Assembly (NCBI GenBank): GCA_017467085.1
Contig: JAFTSW010000044.1
Span: 1-59,166 of the forward strand
Direction: 5' to 3'
DNA: 59,166 nt
From: Clostridia bacterium
GTDB lineage: Bacteria > Bacillota > Clostridia > Oscillospirales > CAG-272
The translations under genes were made by a program, and so were the position numbers. Below the pieces are notes generated by a model, which had not been told where the DNA came from, did not search any database, and saw nothing but the letters and a program-made list of their open reading frames with translations. Numbering within the stretch: the first letter of the stretch is position 1; the number at the start of each line of letters is the position of its first letter. Positions 39,701-47,805 of the stretch are shown one piece after another.

Positions 39701-40108
39701 CCCGATATCGAAATTCAGTCGAGGCTTTTCGTCAAGATTGTAATGGGTATTGCTGTCAAAGCTCCAGGTGCCATCCCCACCGAGGGTGGCAACGCCCGCA
39801 AGCAGGTCATACCCCACGCCGCCGCCAGCGTACGTTTGCCAAAGAGTGCCCTCAAGGGTCGCCGTGGCGTTGCCGTCGCTTGCCGTCCAGGTGCCCCCCG
39901 TCAGGTTAACGGTGGCAGCGGTGCCCATAGCGTCAAAGCGCGCAACCAGTCCCCGCGTGGCGTAAAGGTCGGCAAAGCTTGATAGCTCCTTCCCCTCGGT
40001 GCCTCCCGTGGCTTGGGTGGTGGGCGCCGACGCCGAGACTGCCACCGTTACGGGCAAAAGGGACGCCAGCATACAGAGAATAAGGAGAAGAGAAAGCACT
40101 CTTTTCAT
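33776..40108 (-). CDS. Giant secreted LamG x3 + GH141-like beta-helix protein, copy 6
   Basis: 2110-aa ORF with signal peptide and the same motifs. It has the most divergent N-terminal module. Confidence 0.9.
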   Translation of the reverse strand: MKRVLSLLLILCMLASLLPVTVAVSASAPTTQATGGTEGKELSSFADLYATRGLVARFDAMGTAATVNLTGGTWTASDGNATATLEGTLWQTYAGGGVGYDLLAGVATLGGDGTWSFDSNTHYNLDEKPRLNFDIGLLPDGDYTVEWFAEHKHIVGANADGTPNPAAVYTKNTFWASNGSHPTTVIGTLKDAYDRSGTTLGERGTTRWFLAADGQYWGNAGNPNNGYNNGQLWTELSRTGFDAFVQTVTRTEASSATGTAATLKILKNGAVQKTGSYDTALELTGGINPSKYFKETADSLFYLFYREPVTVYSVRIYSVVLTEKEMEGNRLADILLKSGVDFSVYANLAEGDREDFLSLVGNLGFGATAEDIEHIADNLAEMREQEAIARKMTVYDGLYVGADGAKTQNGGKLTALLSAYDHASVLLSDVQKVWFDKVGEHDATLIGSLWQPQSGGGVGYGMTVGVATKQSDGSYTYDEARHSNYKEDVYLDFGIDALPKEDFTVEYTVQYRRLQGTDAAGNPIVDYTGDGFWGGVLSDAIGQLKAVYERGMGTAISGHYYTRYFTAPAREGWYGGNYLNNQLWMETSRTATTAFTQQIVRDKTEEGANVRLTYQIMKNGVLSKTGVYNSTGALSTAKVQGDKCYTGEEADTVFFLFRRAPVNVYAIRIYDAVLTEEEMLHNHYVDILAYAGLDVAEYYTNLDAEARAFVANFLKESTLLPKAEAEAAIKEALDVCTYSWSKEDSLYVTEGLVGLLSSYNGFSTPTLFGEGSVNWTNVAKEGSFGVLYGKGWQRSADGGLQIRETVDAVYAEKSVFSHHRSRDNFYLGLDYSLLPERDYTLEVVTAPEGITIQNEDGSISPYVDYFSTYGIYNERTFSIGPLRCMGYACNSHVSSGSFEKWFVYQSKGCWDDTSSRNQIGRDRTFQGIELGKILTYTIDHDFDEEEGSARYVMSRNNVADLKASIPASAYIAPSASAEKDFYLMRGLASTLYSVRLYNRVLTDAEKLQNRVADVCYYFDLDTELLEEALASIPDKATVFAAFTALSFDMTKEEAQKALNDGMAGIWVRSQGVGIKKDMSDAIRFYFDLQYSSLAAIMAAGFEVELGTLVGIGRDERPTADGAYDYRFVAFDSTSGANTAYLLDEDTYAVTVTWRDADSDLYNEKLRVVTYVKLTARDSGEVSYFYGGLSGSAYSAEPSLFVIYNHLSTAESMVEAGLSDYLSMTAGGCYEEETVYLSATAPNGGNGSQDAPYNDFGTAFEAAKQILAASEKPLRLSLFVGDGAYMLDEIVSLDFDEIQNPYYSFSIEGDFEAEELPSLTSAVNIPASAFQAVAGRSGLYVYEFAPDGKGNYPVFRNFYVDGFTATMAHSGVTSTMKGTPLLSRFSFSTEGTYERAKYYYEAGTLAEKLPENEYDADRPDLKEAYARHRDWFLAYDEVKKGQGVLSDDAFDAWTADSAASAAYKEAFNYFKERYADVRSGAVKASAVSYTLTIPDSKAEQDGRIFVPLSLAESLRASTEAMLTALKAEKSLWEEIATAQEAVVAEKTTARNTAKAALDAAVASGGNTADASAAYQAAETALAEAQAVLTELRLNVYDAATTPRTVLRHGQIELSHSIEWCYNLFKVVGIDFDDTAYYGEGADREELVAVYVDKTQYVSYAGQSDLATKNRQVFLQNAPEFLDETGEYYYDIASGKLYYYSESGIADDMSFAYPTLDNLLVFTNAKNLTLSGLTLWGVDNTAYSVYGICSGQAGGNNAPPKGIADEERGFTKHNALLCYNAYNLTVADCYFRDLGADGIGIRGRAENVTVEGCEFETLGGTAIRFTGSERNNTLFNAESGAQGVTLKGNYIHEVALTDYASPAIYMASCKDVEVANNTIIGCSYSGMSFGWSWSAATWEEGDNYNLYNMNIHHNYVTQFMREMEDGGAIYMLGGNLKPDNPKQINFIHHNLVVFDKHTGNGLGGQSDGYYFDGASTNWSNYNNIAVMYSAGADRGAKPGASPEDYTHYLRSNGVAPFFMQYTTTGSAWSYNIHSTDNYVFNVRATTPTAQQNECFHMGKDAHWQACGHKVVGTRYFAGDSKLAFPNAIKSLIAETGAPMHPGEWEWLLSNEY

Positions 40109-40259
40109 CGTTCATAACCACAGCCTTCGCCACAGCGAAGGCTTCCTTTCATGATGGAATGGGCGCCGATTTCGCCAAGCGAAATCGGCGCCGCACAAAG
40201 CACGGCTTAACTTTTTATTCAAGCTCGTTTCTTGTGTAAAGCTTTGTTTACATTATGGC

Positions 40260-41738
40260 TTATTTCAAAGCGCTCTTGCCAAGATATTTGCTATACTCGA
40301 TATATGCCTTGTCCCAAGCCGCCGTGTCGGTGGGCTCGTAGATTGCCAAGGGGGTAGACGCCTTGATAACCGCGCGGGCTTCCTTCCAATCCTTGATGTC
40401 GCCAAGGGCAATCAGCTGCACGGCGATATTGCCCATTACGGTTGCCTCGGCAGGACCAGCCACCACGCGCACACCCGTGGAGGAGGCGGTCAGACGGCAA
40501 AGCAGGGTGTCCTTGATACCGCCGCCCAGCATATTGATTTGCCCGAAGCTCTTGCCCGAGATATCGCAAAGGGCGTTGTAGTTGAGCTTGTATTTCATAG
40601 CCAGGCTCTCGTAGATGCAGCGCATCACCTCGCCGCGGGTTTGGGGCACGTACTGCCCCGTGGCACGGCAAAATTCCTTGACCCGAGAGGGCAAATCCCC
40701 TGCCGTTTCAAACTCGGGGGCGTCACAGTCGATAAAGCACTTAAAGGGCTCTGCCGCCAGGGCTTCCTTTTCCAAGTCGGCATAGGAAACCTTGTCACCC
40801 TCTCTATGCCATTGGCGACGGGATTCCTGAATAAGCCAAAGACCCATAATATTCTTCAAGAAGCGAGTGGTGCCCCGGTAGCCACCCTCGTTGGTGTACT
40901 GGATTTCGGCGGATTTCTCGTTGATAACGGGAGCGGCAAGCTCGGTGCCAAAGAGGGACCAGGTGCCGCAGGATATGTACACGAAATCGCCCTCGGCAGG
41001 CGCAGAGGCAACGGCAGAGGCGGTATCGTGGGTACAAACGGCGATAACGGGAATGGGGGCGCAGTCAAACTCCTCGCAAAGCGCCTTGGAGAGGACGCCG
41101 TAGCTTTCGCCGGGCTGAATCATCTCGGGGAGAATGGAGGTGGGAATGCCAAGCTTTTCCAAGAGGGCGGTATGGAAGGTCTTGGTCTTGGGGTCTAAGA
41201 AGTTGGAGGTGGAGGCAATGGTCGCCTCGGCTCTCTTTTCGCCCGTCAGAAGGTAGGCAAACAGGTCGGGCATAAAGAGAATTTTATCCGTCATCTTCAA
41301 AAGCTCGGGACGGTATTTTGCCAGATAGTATAGCTGATACAGGGTATTGATACGCATAGTCTGGGTTCCCGTCAGAGCGTACAGCTCCTCGGGAGAAATG
41401 ATGTTGAAAACCTCCTCGGGAATGCCCACGGTTCTTTCGTCACGGTAGTGATTGGGGTTGGCAATCAGCTCGCCCTCCTTGTTGAGAAGCCCGAAGTCAA
41501 CGCCCCAGGTGTCAATACCGATAGCGTCGATGGGTCCCGTCTTGACAGCCATATTGATAGCCGTCTTGACCTCAAAGAACAGACGCAGAACGTCCCAATA
41601 CATTCTCTCGCCTACACACACCGTATCATTGGAGAAGCGGTGAATTTCCGTCACCTGCATCGTCTTTCCGTCAAACTCGCCAATCATAGCTCTTCCGCTG
41701 GAAGCGCCGAAGTCAAACGCCAATACTCTTTTTGCCAT
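40260..41738 (-). CDS. rhaB: RhaB-type FGGY sugar kinase (rhamnulokinase family; probably L-fuculokinase given the adjacent fucI)
   Basis: AFDFGASSGR, IGIDTWGVDFGLL, HDTASAV, SCGTWSL, TNEGG, NIMGLW and GPAEAT motifs. Start at ATG 41738 with GAGGA SD. Confidence 0.88.
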   Translation of the reverse strand: MAKRVLAFDFGASSGRAMIGEFDGKTMQVTEIHRFSNDTVCVGERMYWDVLRLFFEVKTAINMAVKTGPIDAIGIDTWGVDFGLLNKEGELIANPNHYRDERTVGIPEEVFNIISPEELYALTGTQTMRINTLYQLYYLAKYRPELLKMTDKILFMPDLFAYLLTGEKRAEATIASTSNFLDPKTKTFHTALLEKLGIPTSILPEMIQPGESYGVLSKALCEEFDCAPIPVIAVCTHDTASAVASAPAEGDFVYISCGTWSLFGTELAAPVINEKSAEIQYTNEGGYRGTTRFLKNIMGLWLIQESRRQWHREGDKVSYADLEKEALAAEPFKCFIDCDAPEFETAGDLPSRVKEFCRATGQYVPQTRGEVMRCIYESLAMKYKLNYNALCDISGKSFGQINMLGGGIKDTLLCRLTASSTGVRVVAGPAEATVMGNIAVQLIALGDIKDWKEARAVIKASTPLAIYEPTDTAAWDKAYIEYSKYLGKSALK

Positions 41739-41790
41739 TGTCATATCCTCTTTTTTCTTTGTTGAAGCGGCCAAGCCGCATACTGTTTTT

Positions 41791-41958
41791 ATTATAACAC
41801 CTGTTCTCTGTTTTGGCAAGTACCAGTTTTCAGTTTTATTGTAGCACACCGCCGTCTTTGGGACAAATGGAAAATTTCCACACTTTTTGGTAAAAAAGCC
41901 ATATTGGGGCATTTTTTTTGGAAAAACGATTGTTTTTGAAAAAAACATATGCTATACT
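41791..41958. promoter_or_regulatory. Divergent sigmaA promoters of the kinase and fucI
   Basis: Minus: TTGCCA-17-TATAAT (41819-41791). Plus: TTGTTT-17-TATACT with TGn (41930-41958). Confidence 0.55.
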
Positions 41959-42021
41959 GTCCCTAAGAGGACTTATTTTTCTCTTTTTTAACAGAAATAC
42001 ATACGGAAAGGATATTCAGAT

Positions 42022-43833
42022 ATGGCAAAGAACAGACTGATTGGCGATTATCCCGTCATCGGCATCCGCCCCACCATTGACGGCAGACGCGGCACCCTGA
42101 AGGTGCGTGAATCCTTAGAGGAACAGACCATGAATATGGCAAAGGAGGCGAAGCGCCTGTTTGAGGAAAACCTGCGCTACTCCAACGGCGAGCCTGTGAA
42201 GGTTATCATTGCGGACACCACCATCGGGCGCGTTGGCGAGAGTGCCGCCTGCGAGGAAAAATTCAAGAAGGCAGGCGTTGCCATTACCCTGACCGTCACC
42301 CCCTGCTGGTGCTACGGCTCCGAAACCATGGATATGAACCCCGACACCATCAAGGGTGTTTGGGGCTTTAACGGCACGGAGCGTCCCGGCGCCGTATACC
42401 TTGCCTCCGTTCTGGCGACCCACGCCCAGAAGGGTCTACCCGCCTTTGGCATTTACGGGCGGGACGTCTGCGATATTGGCGACACGGGCTTGACCGAGGA
42501 CGTAAAGGAGAAGCTCTTGCGCTTTGGCCGCGCCGCTGTGGCGGTTGCCACCATGCGCGGAAAATCCTATTTGCAGATTGGCTCCATTTGTATGGGCATT
42601 GGCGGCTCCATTATGAATACCGATTTTATGGAGGACTATTTCGGTATGCGGGTGGAGTCGGTAGACGAGGTGGAGGTTATCCGCCGTATGACCGAGGGCA
42701 TTTACAACAAGGCGGACTACAAGCGCGCCTTGGCTTGGGTGAAGGAAAACTGCAAGATGGGGCTTGACAAGAACCCCGACTTCATCAAGAGAAGTGACGC
42801 CCAAAAGGAAAAGGACTGGGCCTTTTTGACCAAGATGGTGCTGATTATCAAGGATTTGATGAACGGCAACAAGCGTCTGCCTCGCGGCTGCGAGGAGGAG
42901 ATGGTGGGTCACAACGCCATCGCCGCAGGCTTCCAGGGTCAAAGACAGTGGACGGACTTTTATCCCAACTGTGACTTTGGCGAGGCCATTCTCAACTCCT
43001 CCTTTGACTGGGAGGGTGTCCGCGAGCCCTATATTCTTGCCACCGAAAACGATATTCTCAACGGTATGGGCATGCTCTTTATGAAGCTACTCACCAACGA
43101 GGCGCAGATTTTTGCCGACGTCCGTACCCACTGGTCTGCTGACAGCGTTAAGCGTGTCACGGGCTATGAATTGGAGGGACACGCCAAGGAGGCAGGCGGC
43201 TTTATTCACCTTATCAACTCGGGCGCGGCTTGTCTTGACGCCAGCGGCGAGTCCGTGGATGCCGCAGGCAATCACTGCATCAAGCCCTGGTACGAGGTAA
43301 CCGAGGCAGACACGAAGGCGATGCTAGATGCCACCGAATGGTGCGCCGCCGATAACGGCTATTTCATAGGCGGCGGCTTCTCCTCCCGCTTTGAAACCAA
43401 GCACGAGATGCCCGCTACGATGATTCGTCTGAATCTGGTGAAGGGTCTTGGCCCTGTTTTGCAGATTGCCGAGGGCTACACCGTTGCCCTGCCCCACGAG
43501 GTGTCCGACGCCCTTTGGAAGCGCACCGACTACACCTGGCCCTGCACCTGGTTCGCGCCTCGCTGTGACGGCAAGGAGGGCTCTGCCTTCAAGAACGCCT
43601 ACGAGGTTATGAACCGCTGGGGTGCCAACCACGGCGCTATCTCCTACGGTCACATTGGCGCCGACCTTATCACCATGGCGTCTATTCTCCGCATCCCCGT
43701 TTGTATGCACAACGTGGACGCCGAGAAGATTTTCCGTCCTGCCGCCTGGAACGCCTTTGGACAGGACCCCGAAGGCCAGGACTACCGTGCCTGCGCCGCC
43801 TACGGCCCTATGTACAAGAAGGTCAGAGTATAA
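42022..43833 (+). CDS. fucI: L-fucose isomerase
   Basis: [59 protein letters not shown] and WGANHGA motifs; 603 aa. Confidence 0.97.
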   Translation: MAKNRLIGDYPVIGIRPTIDGRRGTLKVRESLEEQTMNMAKEAKRLFEENLRYSNGEPVKVIIADTTIGRVGESAACEEKFKKAGVAITLTVTPCWCYGSETMDMNPDTIKGVWGFNGTERPGAVYLASVLATHAQKGLPAFGIYGRDVCDIGDTGLTEDVKEKLLRFGRAAVAVATMRGKSYLQIGSICMGIGGSIMNTDFMEDYFGMRVESVDEVEVIRRMTEGIYNKADYKRALAWVKENCKMGLDKNPDFIKRSDAQKEKDWAFLTKMVLIIKDLMNGNKRLPRGCEEEMVGHNAIAAGFQGQRQWTDFYPNCDFGEAILNSSFDWEGVREPYILATENDILNGMGMLFMKLLTNEAQIFADVRTHWSADSVKRVTGYELEGHAKEAGGFIHLINSGAACLDASGESVDAAGNHCIKPWYEVTEADTKAMLDATEWCAADNGYFIGGGFSSRFETKHEMPATMIRLNLVKGLGPVLQIAEGYTVALPHEVSDALWKRTDYTWPCTWFAPRCDGKEGSAFKNAYEVMNRWGANHGAISYGHIGADLITMASILRIPVCMHNVDAEKIFRPAAWNAFGQDPEGQDYRACAAYGPMYKKVRV

Positions 43834-43844
43834 TTTCTAAAACG

Positions 43845-43882
43845 AAATCCCCGATGGAACAAGCGTCCATCGGGGATTTTTT
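43845..43882. terminator. Bidirectional terminator after fucI
   Basis: AAATCCCCGATGGA-N7-TCCATCGGGGATTT between convergent genes. Confidence 0.8.
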
Positions 43883-45320
43883 ATTCTTTTTCCTTGGCGT
43901 AGCCCAACAAGAACGCGGGGCTTTGCACCAGGGGCGAAAACGAGAGGTCCTTCTCGCATCTGCATTCCAAAAGAATGAAGATGATAATGGCGAAATGGCC
44001 GAAGGGGAGGGGGATAAACTCCCCGGGGTCGGTTTGGGAATAGAAGAAGAGCCCGATATAGGAAAGGGTCAAGGCAACCGTTTGCAGGGTCGGGCGATAG
44101 GTAGCGAGCCGATAGCGGCGGTAGCCGTGGTACAGATAGGCGAAGCAGCCGAACAGCCCCATACTGCCCCAGATTTGAGGAAAATAGAGATGATACCAGC
44201 GAATGCACGCCATAGGAATCTTGTAAAAGGCATCGTCCATAGAAGCAATACCCACGCCAAAGAAGGGCGCCTTGGCGAGGTCCACGAAGGATTGCCAGAA
44301 GAGCTCTACCCGCGCTTCGCCCGGGCGAACGAAATGGAAGCCGCCCTCCGAGCCGAACTTATGGGGAAAAATATCCGCCAGCATATCCCCGAAAACGAGC
44401 GCCGCCGCCACCGCCAGCAAAAGCGCAAGGAGGGAGCCTATCAGCTTGATTTTCAGGTCTTTTTTGCCGTAATAGAACCAAACGAGGCACAAAAGCACCT
44501 CCACCGTACCGAAGAGCAGGGCGGTGCGCGCCGTGGTAAAGAGGGCGGCAACGTAAAAGACGAGTCCCAAAAGAAGGGAAAAGATACGGCTATACGCCTT
44601 CCCTTCCTTTTTGGCAAAATAGAAGGGGACGGGGATTGCCATTAAAAGCAGGTTAGCAACGGTGTTACGAGAGGGGAACCAGCCGTGATAAAAATCGGGA
44701 TTTCCCCGATTTTCCCACCAAATCCAGGCATACTTCCCTGCTATCGCCACGCAAATGACACCCATAAAGAGCATACACCACAGAAAATGCTCCATAGCCA
44801 GCTCGGGCTTCTGGGTCTTGTAATCGGCGGCGTACACCAGGTACAAAAGCAAAAGCAGAATACCAAGCGCCAGATAATGATAGAGGGCGGCAGGGTTGAA
44901 GAGCTCCTCGGCGGTGGTTCCGAAGGCGCCGCCGAGCAGAATAGCAACAGAGGTTAAAACGATGCCGTTATAGGAATAGCCGCGGCTGAGCTTCTTAGGA
45001 TAGCGGATAAAGTGGTAGACCGTCGCCAGGGCGATGGGGATACCCCAGGGGAGATAGGGGAGAATATCCGTCCATTGGGCAACAAGCTGCGCGCCTACCG
45101 CAATCACCGCAAAATAGGGCATCAGCCCCGCCGAAAAGCGGCGGCTGAAAAGCAGCGAAAGGCCAAACAGCTCCCCGTTCATCACAAGGGAGGGCATAAT
45201 CGCCCCCTCTCCGCCAAAGACGCCGTAAAAGCCAATGGCAACGGATAGGAGCATAAAAAGAGGAGAATGGAGCGCGTCTTCTATTTTTTGCCGTTTTTCT
45301 TCGGTTAAAAGAGCCTTCAT
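43881..45320 (-). CDS. O-antigen ligase (Wzy_C)-like polytopic membrane protein
   Basis: Many TM segments; TTARTAL, ARVELFW...PFFGVG and WYHLYFPQIWGSMGLFG pattern. Start at ATG 45320 (AAGGAG). Confidence 0.6.
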   Translation of the reverse strand: MKALLTEEKRQKIEDALHSPLFMLLSVAIGFYGVFGGEGAIMPSLVMNGELFGLSLLFSRRFSAGLMPYFAVIAVGAQLVAQWTDILPYLPWGIPIALATVYHFIRYPKKLSRGYSYNGIVLTSVAILLGGAFGTTAEELFNPAALYHYLALGILLLLLYLVYAADYKTQKPELAMEHFLWCMLFMGVICVAIAGKYAWIWWENRGNPDFYHGWFPSRNTVANLLLMAIPVPFYFAKKEGKAYSRIFSLLLGLVFYVAALFTTARTALLFGTVEVLLCLVWFYYGKKDLKIKLIGSLLALLLAVAAALVFGDMLADIFPHKFGSEGGFHFVRPGEARVELFWQSFVDLAKAPFFGVGIASMDDAFYKIPMACIRWYHLYFPQIWGSMGLFGCFAYLYHGYRRYRLATYRPTLQTVALTLSYIGLFFYSQTDPGEFIPLPFGHFAIIIFILLECRCEKDLSFSPLVQSPAFLLGYAKEKE

Positions 45321-45341
45321 ATTCTCTCCTTTCACGTGTTT

Positions 45342-46607
45342 TCAGTTGCGTTTCTTTTTTCTGATATCCGACAGGGTGGACAGGGTACCGACGGCGATGG
45401 GAATCAAGCAGGCAAAGAGCAAAACCAGGAATACTCCGCGCCAGGAAAAGGCGTCGGCAACGACCCCAAGCCCGTAGGAGCTCATTGTGCTTCCCACGTA
45501 GCAGCAGCCGTTGAGGACGCCTGCCAAAAGCCCTGCGTTTATTTTTTCACGGAGATACAAGGGCGCCATACTGGTGATGATGTTGTTAATGGCGTGCATC
45601 GCCAGAGAAACCAAGCCGAACAGCACAAGCATCAGCCACCAAAGGGTGGAATCCAGCAAAAGCACACAGCCCAAAATCAAAAGAAGGGTTAAGAGGAACC
45701 AAAGCCCCGCGTGGGTCACGAAGGCAGGAATTTTCTTATGTACGGTGGTGGCGCAAGCGGCGCCGAAGAAGCCAACCACAGGCAGAACCAGAGTCAGAAT
45801 CATAGAAAGGCTGTCGGGAAGTCCAAACGCCTCCTTCAAGAAACGGGGCATCCAGGTGGTTAAGCCGTCCTTCACCAGGTTGTTGATAACGGCAAAGCTG
45901 CCAAGGGCAAGGACAAAGGCGAGAAGCTCCCGCGGAAAGCCCTTCGGCTTTTCTGCAAGGGCTTGCGTCCTTTCCGTTCCGAGCGTCTCGGCAGATGCTT
46001 CGGCAGGCACCTTTTTGAAGGCGCGGCCGTAAAGGGTCGCCCACAAAACTGCCGTTACCAGCATCACCGACGCTCCCAACAGGAAGCTATACGTAAAGCC
46101 GCCCCAGGTGGAAAAGAGGGCGCTGGCGCCGTAGGAGGCAAAGGTGCCCACCGCCACGGTGCTGGACATAGCTAAAATTGCCTTGGAAAGAGCATAGGGC
46201 TTCAGGGTTTCCGACAGGGAGGAAATCAGGTTGGGCCAGAAGATAGACTGGGCAATGCCGTTAAAGAGCCAAAGAAATTTCAAGGCACCGAAGGGGGCGC
46301 CAAGAAAGACCGCCAGGTTCACCGCCGCAGACACAAAAAGGGCGGCAGGGATAATCACGCGCTTGGGATAGTACTTGGACAAAATCCCGTTGACAACCTG
46401 CCCAACGCCGTAGGCAAAGAAAAAGAAGGTGCTGACAAGCCCCGCGTCTGCCCTGGAAACGCCGAAGGTATCAATGACAACGGATATATTGGCGGCGTAG
46501 CTATACCGTCCAAGGTATGCCGACACGTATACCAGCCAGCAAAGCAGTATGGGCAACAGCTGCGCCCTACTTAATTTCGATTTTTTCTCTTTTTCCACCG
46601 CATTCAT
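45342..46607 (-). CDS. MFS transporter (GlpT/UhpT-like)
   Basis: About 12 TM segments; YLGRYSY, FFFAYGVGQVVNG and NGIAQSIFWP. Start re-set to MNAVEK at 46607. Confidence 0.8.
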   Translation of the reverse strand: MNAVEKEKKSKLSRAQLLPILLCWLVYVSAYLGRYSYAANISVVIDTFGVSRADAGLVSTFFFFAYGVGQVVNGILSKYYPKRVIIPAALFVSAAVNLAVFLGAPFGALKFLWLFNGIAQSIFWPNLISSLSETLKPYALSKAILAMSSTVAVGTFASYGASALFSTWGGFTYSFLLGASVMLVTAVLWATLYGRAFKKVPAEASAETLGTERTQALAEKPKGFPRELLAFVLALGSFAVINNLVKDGLTTWMPRFLKEAFGLPDSLSMILTLVLPVVGFFGAACATTVHKKIPAFVTHAGLWFLLTLLLILGCVLLLDSTLWWLMLVLFGLVSLAMHAINNIITSMAPLYLREKINAGLLAGVLNGCCYVGSTMSSYGLGVVADAFSWRGVFLVLLFACLIPIAVGTLSTLSDIRKKKRN

Positions 46608-46861
46608 AGCAAAGCCTTTCTGAAGCAAGCAAACAAAACGGCTTCCGCTTCTGCCCAGCGCAAAAACAACGAAAGCCTCTTTTCTATTTATCATATTCAA
46701 TATAGCACATTCATAGAAAAAAGTCAAGATAAAACGAAAAAAGAGGAGGGCGCCTGCGACAAAGGCGCCTCTACTGTGAAATTTTCCTTTTTAGGGAATT
46801 GACTTTTCACCCTTCCTATGATAGAATAAGCAGGATATTTTATTTTTTCTCGGAGGTCATT

Positions 46862-47749
46862 ATGCCCGTTATCTACTTACTGATTACGATTTTATCAGTT
46901 TCTATGCAAAGCTTCTTTACCAAGATATACAGCAACAAGACCCAAAAGGGTGTTTTGCTCTTTAACACTATGGCAACCCTGGTGGCGCTTTTCATTTTCG
47001 CCATAACCGCCGGCTTCCGCTTTACCTTTATAACGGGCAATTTCCTCTACTCCCTTCTCTTTGCCCTATCGTATTTTCTTGCCATCTTCGGCTTGACGAT
47101 GGCTATCAAAACGGGGCCCCTCTCCTTAACCGCCCTGATGGAATCCTATTCTATGATTATCGCCTCGCTGTACGGCGTTCTGGTGCTGCACGACCCCGTT
47201 ACCCCCTTTATGTGGGCGGGCTTTGCGCTGCTTGTGGTGTCCTTGACCTTTATTAACTTAGAGCCCAAGAAGAAGGACGCCGAGGCAAAGCGCGGCAACG
47301 GCATCAACCTCAAATGGGTGATTTTCGTGCTTATCGGCTTTTGCGGCAACGGCTTCTGCACCGTTATTCAGAAGATGCAGCAGGTATGGAGCGAAAAGAC
47401 CTATGGCGAGGTGCTGTACACCAACGATTTTATGATGGCAGGGCTTTTGGTAGCCTTCTTCGCCTTCCTGGTCGCCGCCCTTATAACGGAACGGGACAGC
47501 CTGAAGGAGAATTTCCGCTACGGCTGGCTGCCTGCCATTGGCAAGGGCGCCGCCAACGGGCTTGCCAATATCTTCTCCATTCTCCTTTATACCGTGATGG
47601 TCATTTCTCTTGCCAACGCCTTGATTGCGGCAGGCGGCGTGGTGCTGGCGGCTATCTTCGCCGTGGTCATCTACAAGGAGAAGCTCAACCGCTATCAATG
47701 GATTGGTCTTGCGGTGGGCGTTGTGTCCCTAGTGCTTCTCAACCTGTAA
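46862..47749 (+). CDS. DMT/EamA-family transporter
   Basis: Two 5-TM repeats; GPLSLT and YKEKLNRYQWIG motifs. GGAGG SD before ATG 46862. Confidence 0.75.
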   Translation: MPVIYLLITILSVSMQSFFTKIYSNKTQKGVLLFNTMATLVALFIFAITAGFRFTFITGNFLYSLLFALSYFLAIFGLTMAIKTGPLSLTALMESYSMIIASLYGVLVLHDPVTPFMWAGFALLVVSLTFINLEPKKKDAEAKRGNGINLKWVIFVLIGFCGNGFCTVIQKMQQVWSEKTYGEVLYTNDFMMAGLLVAFFAFLVAALITERDSLKENFRYGWLPAIGKGAANGLANIFSILLYTVMVISLANALIAAGGVVLAAIFAVVIYKEKLNRYQWIGLAVGVVSLVLLNL

Positions 47750-47767
47750 ACAGTTCTTTACAAATTG

Positions 47768-47803
47768 AAAGCTCCCAAGAAGCCTCTGGCTCTTGGGAGC
47801 TTT
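47768..47803. terminator. Bidirectional terminator
   Basis: AAAGCTCCCAAGA...TCTTGGGAGCTTT between convergent genes. Confidence 0.75.
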
Positions 47804-47805
47804 GT

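Noticed and set aside
33-39982. Long plus-strand ORFs opposite the giant genes (e.g. 33-1562, 1833-4592, 28644-30074, 30225-32378)
   Set aside because: Antisense shadows of the codon-biased minus-strand genes. They have Val/Gly/Ile/His-rich composition, no recognisable motifs and inconsistent boundaries between paralogs.
1-40108. Diversity-generating retroelement or shufflon acting on the paralogs
   Set aside because: No reverse transcriptase, no adenine-specific TR/VR pair and no invertase. All copies are full length and co-oriented.
40260-47749. Extended N-termini in the ORF track (41948, 45335, 46727, 46799; also 6424, 13605, 20022)
   Set aside because: The extensions run through promoter or SD DNA. 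Downstream ATGs have proper SD spacing and match family starts.
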